Assembly: GCA_026026165.1 (NCBI GenBank)
Contig: JAPEUD010000015.1
Coordinates: 186,001-250,000, forward strand
DNA from: Sarea resinae
Lineage: Eukaryota
Length of the DNA stretch: 64,000 nucleotides
Direction: 5' to 3'
Translations under genes and position numbers: made by a program
Notes under the pieces: generated by a model
Told to the model about the DNA's origin: nothing
The model's input: the letters and a program-made list of their open reading frames with translations, nothing else
Database searches by the model: none
Shown: positions 26,057 to 39,758 of the stretch, piece by piece
Layout of the letters: each line of letters opens with the position of its first letter
Numbering within the stretch: the stretch's first letter is position 1

Positions 26057-29000
26057 CTACCGCTTTCTCTTCTTCCCCTTCTCCTCCTCATCCACGAGTC
26101 CGCCCTCCCGATCCTTCTTCTTGGCCTTCTTCTCAAGCTCATCCCAATCCTCGCCGCCGCTCTCATCATCGAACCCAGAGCCCTCGTCGCTCGCGTCCGC
26201 AGACGCATCCTCGTCGAAGTCGGAATCCTCTTCGGAACTCTCGTCCGAGGCGGCGAGTTCGGAATCGCTCATCTCAAAGGCCGACTCCTCCTCCTCGGAC
26301 TCGTCGTCTTCTTCGTCCGAGTCCTGCGCCAAGAACGACCAGCCGCCATCGGCGTAGAACGTGTGCGGGTCCGCGGTGACCGTCTTCATGATCGTGCCCC
26401 AGTTGAGGTTCAGGGGGCCCTCCGAGAAGGGGATATCGACCGAGTCGAGCCATTCTTTGACGTTTTCAAGCGACTCGACCGGGATCGTGTTGATGTGGAC
26501 GGGCGGGCGGGCGTAGTCTTTGAATACGAGGACCATGTCAAAGTTCTTGAGACCGAACTATACCACGCGGCTTCGTCAGTGCATGTTTTAGGATAATGGA
26601 GATGGCATAAAGCCTACCTGAACTCTCTCCAGATGTGCGATTTCAATCTCGTCGAGAGTGACGACCATGAATGGTGGTTCGGTCAATTGGACCAAACAAT
26701 CCGTCGTGGGCTGGCACAGCACGCTGGCGCGGTTAGGTACACCGTTGAATCCCAAATCTCGGAAAGGGATGTCAACGCCGACGTTATCATTGCGACCAGC
26801 CTCGGAGATCTTCTCGGCGAAACTCTTAAATTCTCGATCGAGAGCCGCCCTACGTCTCCTCTCCTCCTGCTCGGCCTCGAACTCTTCTTCATCGCCATAC
26901 CGGTGCTTGCGTTTGCGGTTACCGGTCTCGTCATATTGCATCTCTGTGGCCTCGCGATAGAACTGCACGTCCTTGGTCTTCTTCTTTCCAATGATGATGG
27001 GATTCTTGAGGTGGACATGGATGATGACAATCAATTCGCGAACGCATGGTTGGAAGAACAAGTGCTTCACGTTGCTGAAAAGAATGTCGATGCGATGGTC
27101 TTGGCGTAGCGGTGACTGGTAACGCAAACCATTCTGATGGATTTCAACCTCTCCTGGTACTCGCTTGCCATCCATGGCCGGACGGACGAAGATATTGTCA
27201 AGACGCTGGGGACGGCGATCTATTTTGCGTTAGCAGATGAGATAAAGGCAGAAGTGGGAACTGAACATACTTCTAATTTCGATGAGCTTATCCTGCTCAA
27301 CTACGTCCTCCATATCCTTCTTCTCTTGTTCTCTCCTCACAGCACTCTTTCTAATTTCTGTGATCTGAGCAGCCACCTCCTCCATATGACTAGCGTCTTT
27401 CGATCGGAAAGTAAGACTCCTGACGAAATGCGCCGAGGCATCCTCAAAAGGCTGATCATCCTTTCGTCCCACACCCTGACCAGGGGAGAGGAAATTGATT
27501 CGAAGATAGGCATATTCCCCCTCGTCATTCTTGCTAGCGTTCTTGATTGTATTGATATGAAACGGAACAGGTCGACCCATTATCGGCAAGACAATCGTAG
27601 AGTTCTTTGCATCGACCACGATTGATAGATCCTTGACACGCGACGGGAATTGGTTGTCTCTCTTATAAGACTCGAAGCGTTTAAACTTCTTCTGTGTAGC
27701 ACCGTTCTGGTCACCAGTAGCTTCACTGAACCGTGACAAGCCCTCTTGCTGCTTCTTCTGATGGAGCTCCTTCTGATGCTCACGACGCTTCGCTTCAGCG
27801 CCCTCGTCAGTCTGGGTAGTACGCTCCGCTCGCAGCTTTGTCTTTGTAATGTTGGTGGAAGCGACAGCTCCGACCTTGGAATCTTTCTTTTCCCTTGGCT
27901 TAGGTGCTGGCTTCTCATCCTCCTCATCTTTGAAGAAAAATGAATTGGATTCGATATCTGACGGGGCATCTTTCGTGAAAACAACCGGGTCGGCCCTTGT
28001 CACGCGCACAGTGTCTGATATAATCAGCGAGTAGATGGCGCTCTTCTTGTCTTGGGGGTCAGGGTTTTTGATATCACTGAGACCAGTGGTGATGCAGAGA
28101 GTCATTCCATCCTTGAGAGTCCTAGTGTTTTTCGCGTTCAGAACAAGGGCATTGTCCTTGGTCTCGATTCCCAACCCGGCCCCAACATTTTTCAGGAAGT
28201 GCTTCTCCAGATCTGGCTTCTTAGACCTCAGGAAGCTCAAGGCTTTGTTGTAGATGTCTTTGGCGACCGCACCTTCGCGGATCTCGCGGAGCACGGTGTC
28301 GTGAATCGAGGCCAGCAACTTGTAGTTGCTCTCCTGTGATTTGTTTGGATCCACAAGATAGGTGCGCGCAATGATCGAACAGTATGTCCGGTATCGCAGT
28401 CCGAAGGCTGATATGATGACGCCCGCATGGAGATTGTTGTTGTCAGGCTGAGCACCGAGTTTCAAGTCGAAATTCCCACCACTCTGCACTACGGGCACCA
28501 AAGCCCAGTCTAGCTGCTGAGAGTCAAAGTCTGAAGGCAGCTTCGGCAGTTCTTTGAAGAATTTCGGATCGTCGATTTTGGCATCTATTTTTCGGCTGAG
28601 CGCATCGTGGCTCATCTTCTTCTCTGCGTCCAAGGTCTCGGACATCTCCTCGACGAAGTAAGCTGTCATGAGACCAGTACAAGCCCGCGAGGCATCGCGC
28701 ATTGCGCGCTAGTAAACTTTAGCACGTCTCATACTGAGAAGTGGAGAGTGAACATACCAACTCATTCTCGTCTTTGACGGAAAAGGCCGCCGCAGATAAG
28801 GCGTTGGCGATATCTACCTCTTCTACTTCTTTGAAGATCTCTCCGTAAGCCCGCTTCCATTCATCCACAAAAGGCCCGTTAGAGATATCCTTTGATAGCA
28901 CGCCCACTTTTTTCTGCGCAGATAATCAGCCGTGTGCTACTGGCATTGTGTGGAGGGGCGAGACTCACCCCATTGGATTTGATGATCTCGAGACAGCGCT

Positions 29001-29475
29001 CGAACAGCTTGGCATTCTGCTCGGCATCCTTGCCGCGGACGAGCAGCTCCACTGCAATCTTGCCGCCTTTCAGCGGCTCCAGATGTTTCGCTAATCATCA
29101 AAACCGCATCGTCAGAAGAATCTTCCAGACTCCCATCCATCAAGCAAACACACCTTTTTTCGCTGTGGTGACTATGTAGAGAGTCTCGGTCGTGAACAGA
29201 AAGAGAGTGGCCGGGAATTCGTAGCCCAGCAGCCAGAACTGTTTGGCGACAGCATCAGTAACGTGGGGCTCTCATGCGCAAGGCGAAATACTCACATGCA
29301 TGGTATTGTTCTTCTGGAAAGTACTGGATTCATTCGTCTTGCCCATCAAGATGACAATGGATCCCACGCCACCGAACAACGCGTCGCCGGCACGCTTGTC
29401 GGCCTTCCATGCTGAGACAAATTGCTGGAGGCGGTCGTGGAAGGCCTTCTTGTCGATTTTGATCTCATCAGCCAT
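26057..29475 (-). CDS. SPT16: FACT complex subunit Spt16, 7 exons
   Basis: [16 protein letters not shown]..., [12 protein letters not shown], peptidase-like domain ([19 protein letters not shown]), [65 protein letters not shown] and an acidic C-terminal tail. Six GT-AG introns. Confidence 0.97.
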
Positions 29476-30150
29476 CGTGCGAGATGAAGGCCACGATGCC
29501 TTCGATCAAGGCCCGGTGGATCAAGTACAGGGAAGGCGAAGACGAAGAGGCTGTATTCCGCGATGGGGTGAGGGTAGATGTGGAGCGGTTGAGGCGAAGA
29601 TGATGATGATAATGAAGACAAAGATGAGGGCGACGGGTAGAATAGAGCTCTTGTGTATGTGATGCACACGAGCAGACGAGTACCTTAGACGAGTGACTGG
29701 AACGAGAACCGCGTCGACGGGCAGTAAAGTGATTTTACCCAATGTAGTTTAGCGCGCTCGATGACGGCACGAGCGCGGTGCTCCACAACTCAACTCCACA
29801 AATGCCCGTCACTGATCCATCTTCCACGGAGAACAAGACAACACCTGGAGCTCGGAGGACTCAAGCGGAGAGAGGCGTTCAATATCTCAGATTTCATTTC
29901 TCACTTTGGTCCAATGATTATCCGAACCAAAGCGCACCGAGAAGCATCCAACCAGAAGTATGTCGTCCTCTCCGTTTGTTGACCATCTACCAGGTTCCCA
30001 TCCGCCTGACACCGTCAGTCACTTAGCACTACCATGAAAACGATATAAGACAGCCTCATCCGCGTATACAGCTAGAGGACCTCTGCTCTCATTCAGCCTT
30101 CCCCCACAAATGCATCACCGTCCTCGGCACCCTCCACCCCCTCCCGGACC

Positions 30151-31714
30151 ATGACCACAATTTCCGGCATCGAAGACGACCCCACAGACTTTGAAGGCAC
30201 ATACCCTCCCTTCCGCAGTGACCCGGACATAGTCCGCAAGAAGCCCAAGACCAATGCCGCGACCGGGGCATCTGCGGCGGGCGTGCGCGCCTTCAGCGCA
30301 CAGCTCGTGGCCTTTTACTTCCGGGCGCCGGTGAAGGCCTTCTTCCGAACACGGGTGGAGTAAGTTGACCATGACCCCTTTATGGCGTAGGCCAAGACTG
30401 CGCGACCCGTTACGCTCATGACTTTTTGCTTTCTTTTTTTGTAGCTATATGGTACGTGGGGCGAAATAGACGCCTGTTTTGACATCAAGCACGATACTAA
30501 CGCCGCTCGGCAGGCCTACGCTCGTGCTATAAATCCAGATGCCCAGCAGAACAACAAGCGCTGGTCATGGCGCCTCACAACGCCGGGCCTCCTCTTACAC
30601 GCCGTCCAGACCGAAGGATGGGCCTTCATACCGAGACAAGTGCTTCCGCCAATGGTAGCAAATGCCACGTAGGTGCAGCTCAACCACCTTGACAACCTCA
30701 TCCTGCTAATACATCTCTTCCAGTGTCGGCGCGATCCTCTACACCGCGTATCTCCAAGCGCTCGGACACTTCCACCCGCCCTCCTCGTACGGCGTCAAGC
30801 GCATCTACCCCCCGGCGCCCTTCTACGCCACCTTCGCCGCAGGCTTCACAGCCGGCGGGGTGCAATCGCTGGTCGCGGCGCCACTGGATGCGCTCCAAGT
30901 GCGCTTCAGCACCAGCGACATGCTCGAAAGCCAGTACACGAACGCGTGGGCGTACGCGCGGCACAAGCTGCAGGAAATTGGCGTGCGCGGCGTGTTCGCG
31001 GGCTGGACGCTCTCGTTCCTCAAGGACGCCTTTGGCTACGCCGTCTTCTTCTCCACGTTCGAGTACGTCAAGCAGCAGGCGTATTACGGATTCGTCACCC
31101 GCTACTACGGGTCGCATGTGCCGCCCTTTACGGTCACGGGCCCGGATCCTCTATCACGGACCCTCACTCCTGGGCCCGACGACGCCGCCGCCGCCGCCGA
31201 CGACGACAGCTCCAGTACCATCCACGATTCCACCACCACCACCCTCTCCCCGGCTCCAAGAACAACATCACTCCCCACGACCCGCCCAACAATAACACCG
31301 CACTACGCACTCGAGCCCACCTTCCTCCTACTCGCCGGGCTCGCCGCCTCGCTCACCCAGCAAACCATCTCGCACCCGCTCACGCGCCTGCAAACCCTCC
31401 ACCACACGCACCTGGAATCGCTCGACTTCCTCGCCCACCTCGACACGACGCACCCGGTGCCGTCGCGCACGCGCATGTTGCAGAACTACTACCACGCCTA
31501 CGTCGACACGTTCCGCGCGGCCGGCGTGCGCGCCCGACGCGCCGGCGGCTGGCGCGCCTGGGCCTATGCTGGCTTCTGGATGAATGCCGTACGGCAGGTC
31601 CCGTCGACGGGGGCGGGCTTGATTGTCTTTGAGCTCGTGAGGCGGAGGGCTGGCGTCAGTCCGGCTGAGGACGCGAGGATCGAGGGCGATGGGTATGATA
31701 TCTTGTTGGCTTAG
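30151..31714 (+). CDS. Divergent mitochondrial-carrier-superfamily protein, about 453 aa, 4 exons including a 7-nt micro-exon
   Basis: FYFRAPVKAFFRTRVD|YM|AYARAINP, AGFTAGGVQSLVAAPLDALQVR (PxD carrier signature), GVRGVFAGWTLSFLKDAFGYAVFFSTFEYVK, HPLTRLQ, YAGFWMNAVRQVPSTGAGLIVFELVRR. Introns 30360-30444, 30452-30513 and 30669-30723 restore the frame. Confidence 0.85.
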
Positions 31715-32870
31715 GTTGGGGGTGAGGTTGGCATTGGGATTGAGATTGAGATGGGCATTGAGCATGAGATGGAGATGGCGATTTGTGACGGCGCATGCGA
31801 TGCGTCCTGTCGGTCAGTAGGGAGGTTGCACCCTCATATACCCTTATCACATATGATATCACATTAAAGAGCGAGAGAGGGAGAGAGAGGGCGGAGGGGG
31901 GGGCGGGGCGGGGATCTAGTACAGTTAGAACAGTACATAACTACTAGTTAGAGTACATTGCTTTGCATTGCATTAGAGCACCCTATATATACCTTACTCT
32001 ATCACCTCCTCAAAAACAGACTTACTTCTACTTCTTTCATCTTGACTTTCGCCTTTTACGTTTCTGCAATCCCTTCTACAAATCCCTTCGATTCGATTTC
32101 TCCTCTGCCTATATCTACCTTATATGGCCTAAACTCCGATCTCTGATCTCTGACCTATGTCTCTCTATCTACGTTGATCTACCTATCTACCTATCTACCT
32201 TTTATCTACCTTTTATCTACCTACGGAAGCCACTTACCTAGCTACCTTACCTAGGTAGTCGGAAAAGAGATCGGACACGGATAGAGACATGGTACATATT
32301 TCTCTGGAATTGTACCCCCTGTCATTTGTCTTGTCGTCGTCTATCGAGCTCTATCCTATCACCATCCATCACCATCACCATCCTTATCACTATCCCGCTC
32401 TTGAATCCAATCATGTCTCTATTCTATCCTACCCTATCCTACTATCTGATACATAAACAAAAGCCTTCTATGGAAATCTATGTCTATATCTATATGATGA
32501 ATCCGAATTCGAATCTATAAAAATACGAGTGGGACGCCGCGCTATGGATGCAAGAGGTAGATATGCCTACGCCGGCGAAATGTCGGCTGGGTGGGATGTG
32601 GTAGTGGTGATGAAGAGGAGAGGAGGTGAGAGGAGCAGAGAGAAGTAGAGAAGAAGACGGCGAAAGGTGACGAGGAAGAGGGGTGAGAAAAACTTGGATG
32701 AGAGAACGAGGAGTGGGACATATGCGCGAAGTGAAATGTGGTAATGAAAAGGTAAAAGCGGCAGAAAGGTAAAAGGCGGGATTATAGCAAAAATGATCTG
32801 ATGACAACGCCCCCAGTGAAAAACCCCGGTAGAAGAATCATTTTGAATGCCCTACGTCTCAAGCCCGTCA

Positions 32871-34499
32871 TCACATGACATCGATGTCTCGAACCTCTAG
32901 GCTCTCGTTATCTTCGATGCTCATTTCTCGTTTCCGTTGCCGTTGCCGTTCCCGTTCCATCTGCAGGCTTTGCCACGCCGTGTTGACGTTTTTGTTGATT
33001 TTGCTCAAGCACTGCGGCTTGTATGGATCTGCGGCATAGAGGTGGAAATGATCGAGACGGGGCGCGAGCGATGTGAGGGAGTCCACGATTGCGGGGACCG
33101 AGCTGCCGAGTGACGAGTGAAAATTTGAGGAGCCGAGATCGAGGCTGCGAAGGTTCTCCATCATCGGGAGGGACGGACATAGTGACGAAGCGCATGAGGA
33201 CGAGGTGGTGATGGCGCAGCCGACGGTAGACGAGAGAGGAAAGGCAATCTCCGCAGCCAAATCACAGGTCTCCAGCCTCGGACAATTTCTCGCCAGCTCC
33301 TCCAGCGACCGATTGCCTAGCATGGCCCTGGACGTATGCAGGGCCAGATTCCGCAATCCGTGCCATCGCGTCGCGCAATAAGCTACGATTGCGTCCTCCA
33401 GGCCGTCGATGAGCAGGTAAGCGTCTGCGTTGTTAGCGCCGCGGATATCCAGTGTCTCGAGCGCCGGACAGCTGTCTGCGAGGTCCATGAGGTCAGCGGC
33501 AGGTAGCGTCGACGTAGTGCTGGAGTGGAATGGGGAGAGGAGGCCGAGCTTGAGCGCGCGAAGGTGGGGGCAGTAGGCGAGGAGGCGGAGGGGCGAGGCC
33601 GGATACTGGGTTTGCTTTTGGTAGTAGAGCGTCAGGTTGCGGAGCGTACTTAGGTGTGGGGAGAGTGCAGCGAATGCTGTTTCTGTGGCCCGTGTTGTCA
33701 GATTTTGCAGGGCAGGGAAGTAGTGCTGTTGTTGTGATGTGAGGGCGGAAAGAAAGCACCACTTTTCGGGAATCGAGTCGATGTTCAGGGATGCGAGATT
33801 TGGTGCGTTAGTGGCTAGGTGGTGGAAGACTCGCGTGGGACAGGAGAGACGGCGGCACGAGGTGTAGGGGTGCTCGAAGTCGTCCTCTAGAGAGCGGTTT
33901 CCGGTGAAGGTTAGAGACGTGAGGGAGTGGAGCGCTGAGAGGAGAGGCAGCAGCGAGTCTTCCGGGATGGGTTGGCGGGGACGGATAAGGCGGAGTTCTT
34001 TGAGGTGAGGGCAGCGGAGTGCGATGGTTCTGAAGAAGGTGGCATCGGGGAGGTCGGCGTCGATGATGGAGAGCGAGCGCAATTGAGGACGGAGGTATTG
34101 TATTAGGGAGGTGTATTCGGTCGCGTCGGTGTGAGAGAGGACGAGCTTATTGAGTCGGGGAAATCGCAGCGACGAGAGTGACGCATGAACTGGTTCATAC
34201 TGCTTCTCGTGGATCTCACGATTGAAATGCAGGGTCCTGATCTTCTCCGCGTACCATTGCTGGCGGAGAGGCATGTCGCACATAGCCGCCAGAGAGGTAA
34301 CTGGCGGGTAGGGAGGGCAGTCAGAGCAATCTTCGGAACAGTACCGTCCGCAGTTTTGCCAGAGCAGAGACACTGCTTCTTCGGCCCATAGTGTATTGAC
34401 TTGGACGCAGGCGGAGAGGGTAGGTAGATCATCTTGTAATTCCTTCAAGGTGATGTGTACAATTTCGCCTAGCTCGAGGGGATTGACTCTGGACGACAT
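32871..34499 (-). CDS. F-box-like / RNI-like leucine-rich-repeat protein (intronless, about 542 aa)
   Basis: The N-terminal PLELGEIVHITLKEL...LSACVQVNTLWAEEAVSLLW is F-box-like. Repeated LRR units follow (FPRLNKLVL, CPHLKELRL, FPALQNL, CPHLRALKL, CPALETLDI, CPRLETCDL). First ATG at 34499. Confidence 0.8.
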   Translation of the reverse strand: MSSRVNPLELGEIVHITLKELQDDLPTLSACVQVNTLWAEEAVSLLWQNCGRYCSEDCSDCPPYPPVTSLAAMCDMPLRQQWYAEKIRTLHFNREIHEKQYEPVHASLSSLRFPRLNKLVLSHTDATEYTSLIQYLRPQLRSLSIIDADLPDATFFRTIALRCPHLKELRLIRPRQPIPEDSLLPLLSALHSLTSLTFTGNRSLEDDFEHPYTSCRRLSCPTRVFHHLATNAPNLASLNIDSIPEKWCFLSALTSQQQHYFPALQNLTTRATETAFAALSPHLSTLRNLTLYYQKQTQYPASPLRLLAYCPHLRALKLGLLSPFHSSTTSTLPAADLMDLADSCPALETLDIRGANNADAYLLIDGLEDAIVAYCATRWHGLRNLALHTSRAMLGNRSLEELARNCPRLETCDLAAEIAFPLSSTVGCAITTSSSCASSLCPSLPMMENLRSLDLGSSNFHSSLGSSVPAIVDSLTSLAPRLDHFHLYAADPYKPQCLSKINKNVNTAWQSLQMERERQRQRKREMSIEDNESLEVRDIDVM

Positions 34500-36530
34500 T
34501 GTCGAGGACAACTATCGTCAATTCTGTTTCGATCGTATTGCGCCCGATGAATGAGAGTCCGACTGGTCAAGTGAGGTCTTGCTCTTGATATTCAGTAGGA
34601 TTGTTGGAGCAAGGATGACGTAAATGCAAACACGGAACGTGATGCCGAGTTCGAGTGGTGCCGTGGTCCGATTAGTATGTGATATCAAGCAACATGGCGC
34701 GGTCGCGGTTGCACGGAAAGTTGCAAGCGCAATAGCTATGAGAAGACAACTGAAGACACAGAAGGAAGAGAGACTGCTGTAATAATAATAGTATGCAGGA
34801 TATTATTATGTTTGGATGGACCGACCGTGCGCCTACGTAGTACTATGAGCTGGCCAGCAGCTGCGCAATTTCACCATTTATACTAGACCACAGCCCTATG
34901 AACACTGATGGCCGCACAGAAGAAAAGGAAAACATGGGACTGGAAGGGAGCTGCCAGAGAGCCGTCAAGGAGCTGGGGCCCAGTTGAGAGACTTTCCGCA
35001 ATACGGCCGACGACCTCATTGGGCCATCGACTGGTAGGAGGCTGGAGGATGTTGGACTGTGTACGCCCACACAGTCGAGCAGGGTACAGCAAGGATTAGC
35101 AACGAAAAGGATATTGTTCTTGTTCGAGATATAAACATCTTCTGATTTTGATTTTCGTCTGTGCCGCTCGCGTGAGTCTGACAGGAGCCGTACGAAGATT
35201 AATGTCGCATCCCCATTGGGCCATTGCCGCCCGAGGCGGTGAGTTTCTTTTGCCATGGGAATGTTGCATGGGAGAATCATGTCGTGCATGTCGGTGTCCC
35301 GACCGCCCTGTGCACCCGAGATCGTGACTGCTCTCTGTTCTGCACCGCCATCTGCAGAACGCAACGGGTGCAGAGTGTTCCGTCGAGAGGAAGATGGGTA
35401 CCTTGATCTCTGCTCTGGGAAAGGTGAGGCTGCCATCTGCGGCCTGCGGTCCATCTGCTGCTCTGCTGTTCTGCTCTCTCGCGGTCTGGTGTGGTAAGTG
35501 CGATTAAGGTGAGGCATTTCAGACTAAAGTAAGATGATTCGACCTTATCTATAATTGGGATGGGGGATTGACGAGGATTGACGAGGAACGGGCATGGATG
35601 GGCGTGGCTGGGCATGGGTCCGCGATGGGGATGTCATGCCATGGATGGGACGGGATGGGATGAGAGGATGAGATGATGAGATGATGAGATGCGATGGCCC
35701 CGATCGAGTCATGTTTCAGCGTTTAGTCAGAGCAGCCATCCCGTGACGGCCGTCGTGGTTCCGACTTTGCACGACCTCAGTGAGCCCATTGTCTACTCTG
35801 TACATACCACTCCCCTTCCACTGAACTTCTCTTCCGCCTTCACCCGTGCTCCTTTCCCTGACCTCCCTGACCTCCCTGACTTCCCTGACCTACTTCGTAC
35901 TTTGTGGCCCTGGCCCTCCTTCGCCTCGACGCCTCAGCTTGACGGGTAGGGTGGTGCCGTGCCGGGTGCCGTGCCGGCCTCTTGTCGAATCCTTCATACA
36001 TAGTACTCGACTCTACTTTCGTGCCTCTTTGACGTGCGCACCTTGCCAGACGATACTACTCGTACTACGATACTACGCATAGGACTCCTGACCTCATTAT
36101 TAATTCATAAACCCTCTCGTGCCCATACGCCTACTCTACACTCCGAACACCCGCTCGCTCGTCGAGCAACGTCGAGTACCTACCTGGTAGCTAACGCTGC
36201 TCTACTGAAGTAGAGTACTGTGCTGGCCAGTCGTGCATTCTACCCACTACGCGCCACAGTACTTGAGAGTACGCTGTACTCGATCATGACCGTGTCGTGT
36301 CGACTCGGATACAGGGCCGAGAACGCTCTATCGTGCACTCGCCCGGTATGCTCTGAAGGACTGCGCCAAGGGCCAGGACCCAATGCGGGGTGCACCGAGG
36401 CTCATCCGCGCATTGCATCAATCATGACCGCTCTCGTCGTGCTTCCCTCCACATAGTCGTCGTCCATTGAAGAATCCATATCTTGCATTGCCTCACGACG
36501 TTGCTATTTCACTGTGATCATCAACTCATC

Positions 36531-37963
36531 ATGTCCCAAAGAAGGCCATCTTCTTCGGCCGGAGACCGTTTGACGCAGGTCAAAGATCTCCTGACCGGCG
36601 ACAAGACTGCTACGGCGATTCCCTTCGACCCCGAGTCGACCAAGTTCCCTTTGAGAAAAGATGTCCCTACCGTCCCAGGAGCACCACCAGGAGCCGCCTG
36701 GGTGTGGGGGCCCGATGACAACGTATGCTTGCTTGCTAGGATTGTGACTATGAGATTCGATCTGAATGCTGATGATCTCCAAGCTGGGGAGACTGAATCT
36801 CTTGACCCCAACACGGGTTGCTGCTGCAGCCAAAGAGATCAAGACTGGAGAGATGGTGCCGCTGAAGTACGGCTCCACAAATCGGTTCCCATTGTAGTCC
36901 TTGAAGTTCGCTGACTTGTCAAGTCTGCCATTGACCGTTCCTGAGGTCCCAGCGTTCCATCGCAAGGCATTCAAGCACACAATAGAGCCCTTGCTACCCG
37001 GGAAAGCGTATGATGACCTTTACGAGTTGAACACTCAGAGTGGAACCCAATGGGATGGATTCAGACACGTTGGGCTCTCCGTACGTCGTCGGTTTCTCAT
37101 TCAGACACTGACGAAGTCGTAGTTCTCCCATCTTCCGACCGGGACCTTCTATAACAACGTAAGAGAAGCCGCGCGCCCGCATATATCAAAGCGCTTCTAA
37201 TGCTCTTCACAGACTCACGGTGAAGATATAGACGGTCCAAAGGCGAACCACAAAATCAGTGTACATCATCTGGCAGAGCACGGTATAGCCGGCCGGGGCA
37301 TCCTTCTGGACTACCGCAGCTATGCCAACAAGAAGGGCATTCATTATGATTCCTTCGACCATTACACCATCTCGTACGACGAGCTCTGTAATTGTGGCAA
37401 AGACCAGGGCATCGATATTCGTCCGCAGTCGCAGGGCGGCGATATTCAAGTGGGCGATATCTTGTTCATCCGAAGCGGCTTCGTCGAAAGCTACTATCAG
37501 AGACCCCGCGAGGAGCGCAACAGATTAGCTGCGAGGGAGCATAAAATAGGCAAGGAAGACGGCCAGAGGTGGGCAGGCGTGAAACAAGAGGAGAAGATGC
37601 TGGACTGGTTGCACGACTGCTACTTTGCTGCCGTTGGTGGCGATGCGCCTGCCTTTGAAGCATGGCCCACGCATGAAGGTCGGTCTCTCTCCTCGGTCAT
37701 GTCGGACAGCTGCTGACGGATCCAGAGTACTTTCTCCATGAGTATCTCTTGGCGCTGTGGGGCGTGCCGATTGGAGAAATGTTGGATCTCGAGAAACTTA
37801 CAAGGAAATGCCGTGAGCACAATCGCTGGACGTTCTTCATATCTAGCGCACCCGCAAATGTTCCCGGTGAGTAAAAACGATGAAGTCATCTACATGGCAC
37901 TGCTGATAATTGATCTTCCTAGGTGGTGTGAGCACACATGCCAATGCGACAGCTTTCTTCTAA
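36531..37963 (+). CDS. Putative cyclase / kynurenine-formamidase-like metal-dependent hydrolase, about 367 aa, 7 exons
   Basis: AWVWGPDDN|LGRLNLLTP, NTQSGTQWDGFRH, GIAGRGILLDY, GDILFIRSGF, AAVGGDAPAFEAWP, LHEYLLALWGVPIGEMLDLE, PANVP|GGVS. Six introns give a 1104-nt CDS. Confidence 0.9.
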
Positions 37964-39751
37964 CACGAGATTTGCCGTAGCTTATACATATTTCTTGCAG
38001 ATGAATAGCACCCTCCTGATAGCATATCCCCGGGTACAAATTATCTCTCCATCTTGATTATCCTTGGCACTCAATTTGTCAGACTGTTCTTCCCTAGCCA
38101 TTGGTGTCGCAATTAATGCATCTCGCCGTCTGTGTCATCAACTTGGGTCCTGGCTTGGAAGGTGTAGGGTCAATCAGCATGTTTGCTATCACACTTCTTC
38201 TGTTTCTGGCGAGTGACGTGTTTCCTTTTGCTTTGAGTTTCGGAACTTTCTCTGGAGTGAAAGATTATGCATATCTATGCCCGCCGACGCGCTCTTATCG
38301 GAAACCAACGGGTTTATCGGGCAGTCCATGTTGTTCAGGTTATCGTGTACACGTTCATCTCAAAGGCTGCTCTTAAATCGTTGTTACACAACGCCTGCCA
38401 ATGCCGTTACTCGCGTCGCGGCAAACGCCGAACGTCTTGCGAGGCAACAACACTGCCCATATGCATCCGAGTATGCAGGCGGACCGGACCGGTGGCGAAG
38501 CCGACGTTCCAGATTTTCGATATGCGACGCAGGACGAGAGCCAAGACTTCTATGGTGTGTGGTTGGTTATTTTCTTGCGGGTAGTGGACCTCGGCCTTGG
38601 CAGTGATGAGCCCAGAGAGAGCTTGGTCGGTGATCTGCACGGGCTAAATATCCGACACAGCTTGCATTCGTTTTGCTTGGGCCCTTTGGCACCCAAACTC
38701 AGGTCTCACATTGATCATGGTCCTGAACTTCCTGTGGGGGTACCCTACCTTGGCCTGCCAAGAAGTCTATTTAAACCTCCAGGGTCCAGATGAGCCGCCC
38801 CACAGGACCTCTTGGTGTGCATTAATACCAGATAAGCGTAAGGTATCGAGCGGGAGTCTATCTTATACCATTGTTTGACTCGATCTTCGCTGGTGAGGTA
38901 TCACGTCGTCTACGAATAAACAATGAGGCCAAGAGCCCGTCCGAAATCGAGCCAAAGGATTCAAGGTGGCATTTAGCACCAATCATGAGAACAGCAATCA
39001 TTTACGCAGCCCGGCGTTGCAGAGCCTTTGGAAAAATCGGAGCCTCATGGATCGACGCGGATGCTGTGATAAGAGCTGAAGACGAGCCGCTTGGCATCGC
39101 ACGCGATTGAGCGGGCCCAATGCTGTGTAGGCTTGGCCTGCCGCGAAGAGATGGAAACGTTGCATATATATGTTTTTGCAAAGAACGTGCTCAGGAAGAT
39201 CGATTTCCACTGGCCAGGTATGAGATGTGAGTGGAGCCGCCGCGTCACTTGGATTCAGAGATTGAAGCGTCGGTGTCGATCGTCACTTATCTCTTGGCGT
39301 TTGGTCGAAGATCCTCATCTTTCGAGAAGAGAGGTTGAGATGCTAACTTGATGGGGAAGTCGATGAACAGGGGGCCTTCTGTTTTGGGTGCCCCGTCTGC
39401 TCTCGGTTTGGGCTCTCGCTAGACTAGAGTCCGACTACTTTGCCGCGGGTTGCGGCTCGGTGCACATGCCACGCCCTAAACGTGCCCGGCAACCTTGCAT
39501 TAGTCCTGGACAGGGTCGAGGCTCGGCAGACCTAACTAGAATCGGCACTTTGCTTTTCCACCTTGGCGCACAGTTGTGCACAATCTATCCTCTCTTGGCA
39601 ACATCGTCATCATCTGTGTGGTTGTGATGATGATGATCATCATGCAATTTTGGATCATGATGGCTCTTGGCTTCAGGGATGAATTCTGCTTTCATTTTCT
39701 GCGTGTCTATTCTCAGTAATCAGGGACATTTGGGTTTCTGTCGAAGTTCAA

Positions 39752-39758
39752 TATAAAT
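39752..39758 (+). promoter_or_regulatory. Putative TATA box of the MFS gene
   Basis: TATAAAT about 125 nt upstream of the ATG at 39881. Confidence 0.45.

Noticed and set aside
30673..31765. Long overlapping alternative-frame and antisense ORFs (also at 40846-42197 and 44585-45409)
   Set aside because: Shadows of GC3-rich real genes and simple repeats; low-complexity Arg/Pro/Cys-rich translations.
34843..35517. 224-aa minus-strand ORF upstream of the F-box-like gene
   Set aside because: No domain-like features; lies in a promoter-like divergent intergenic region.
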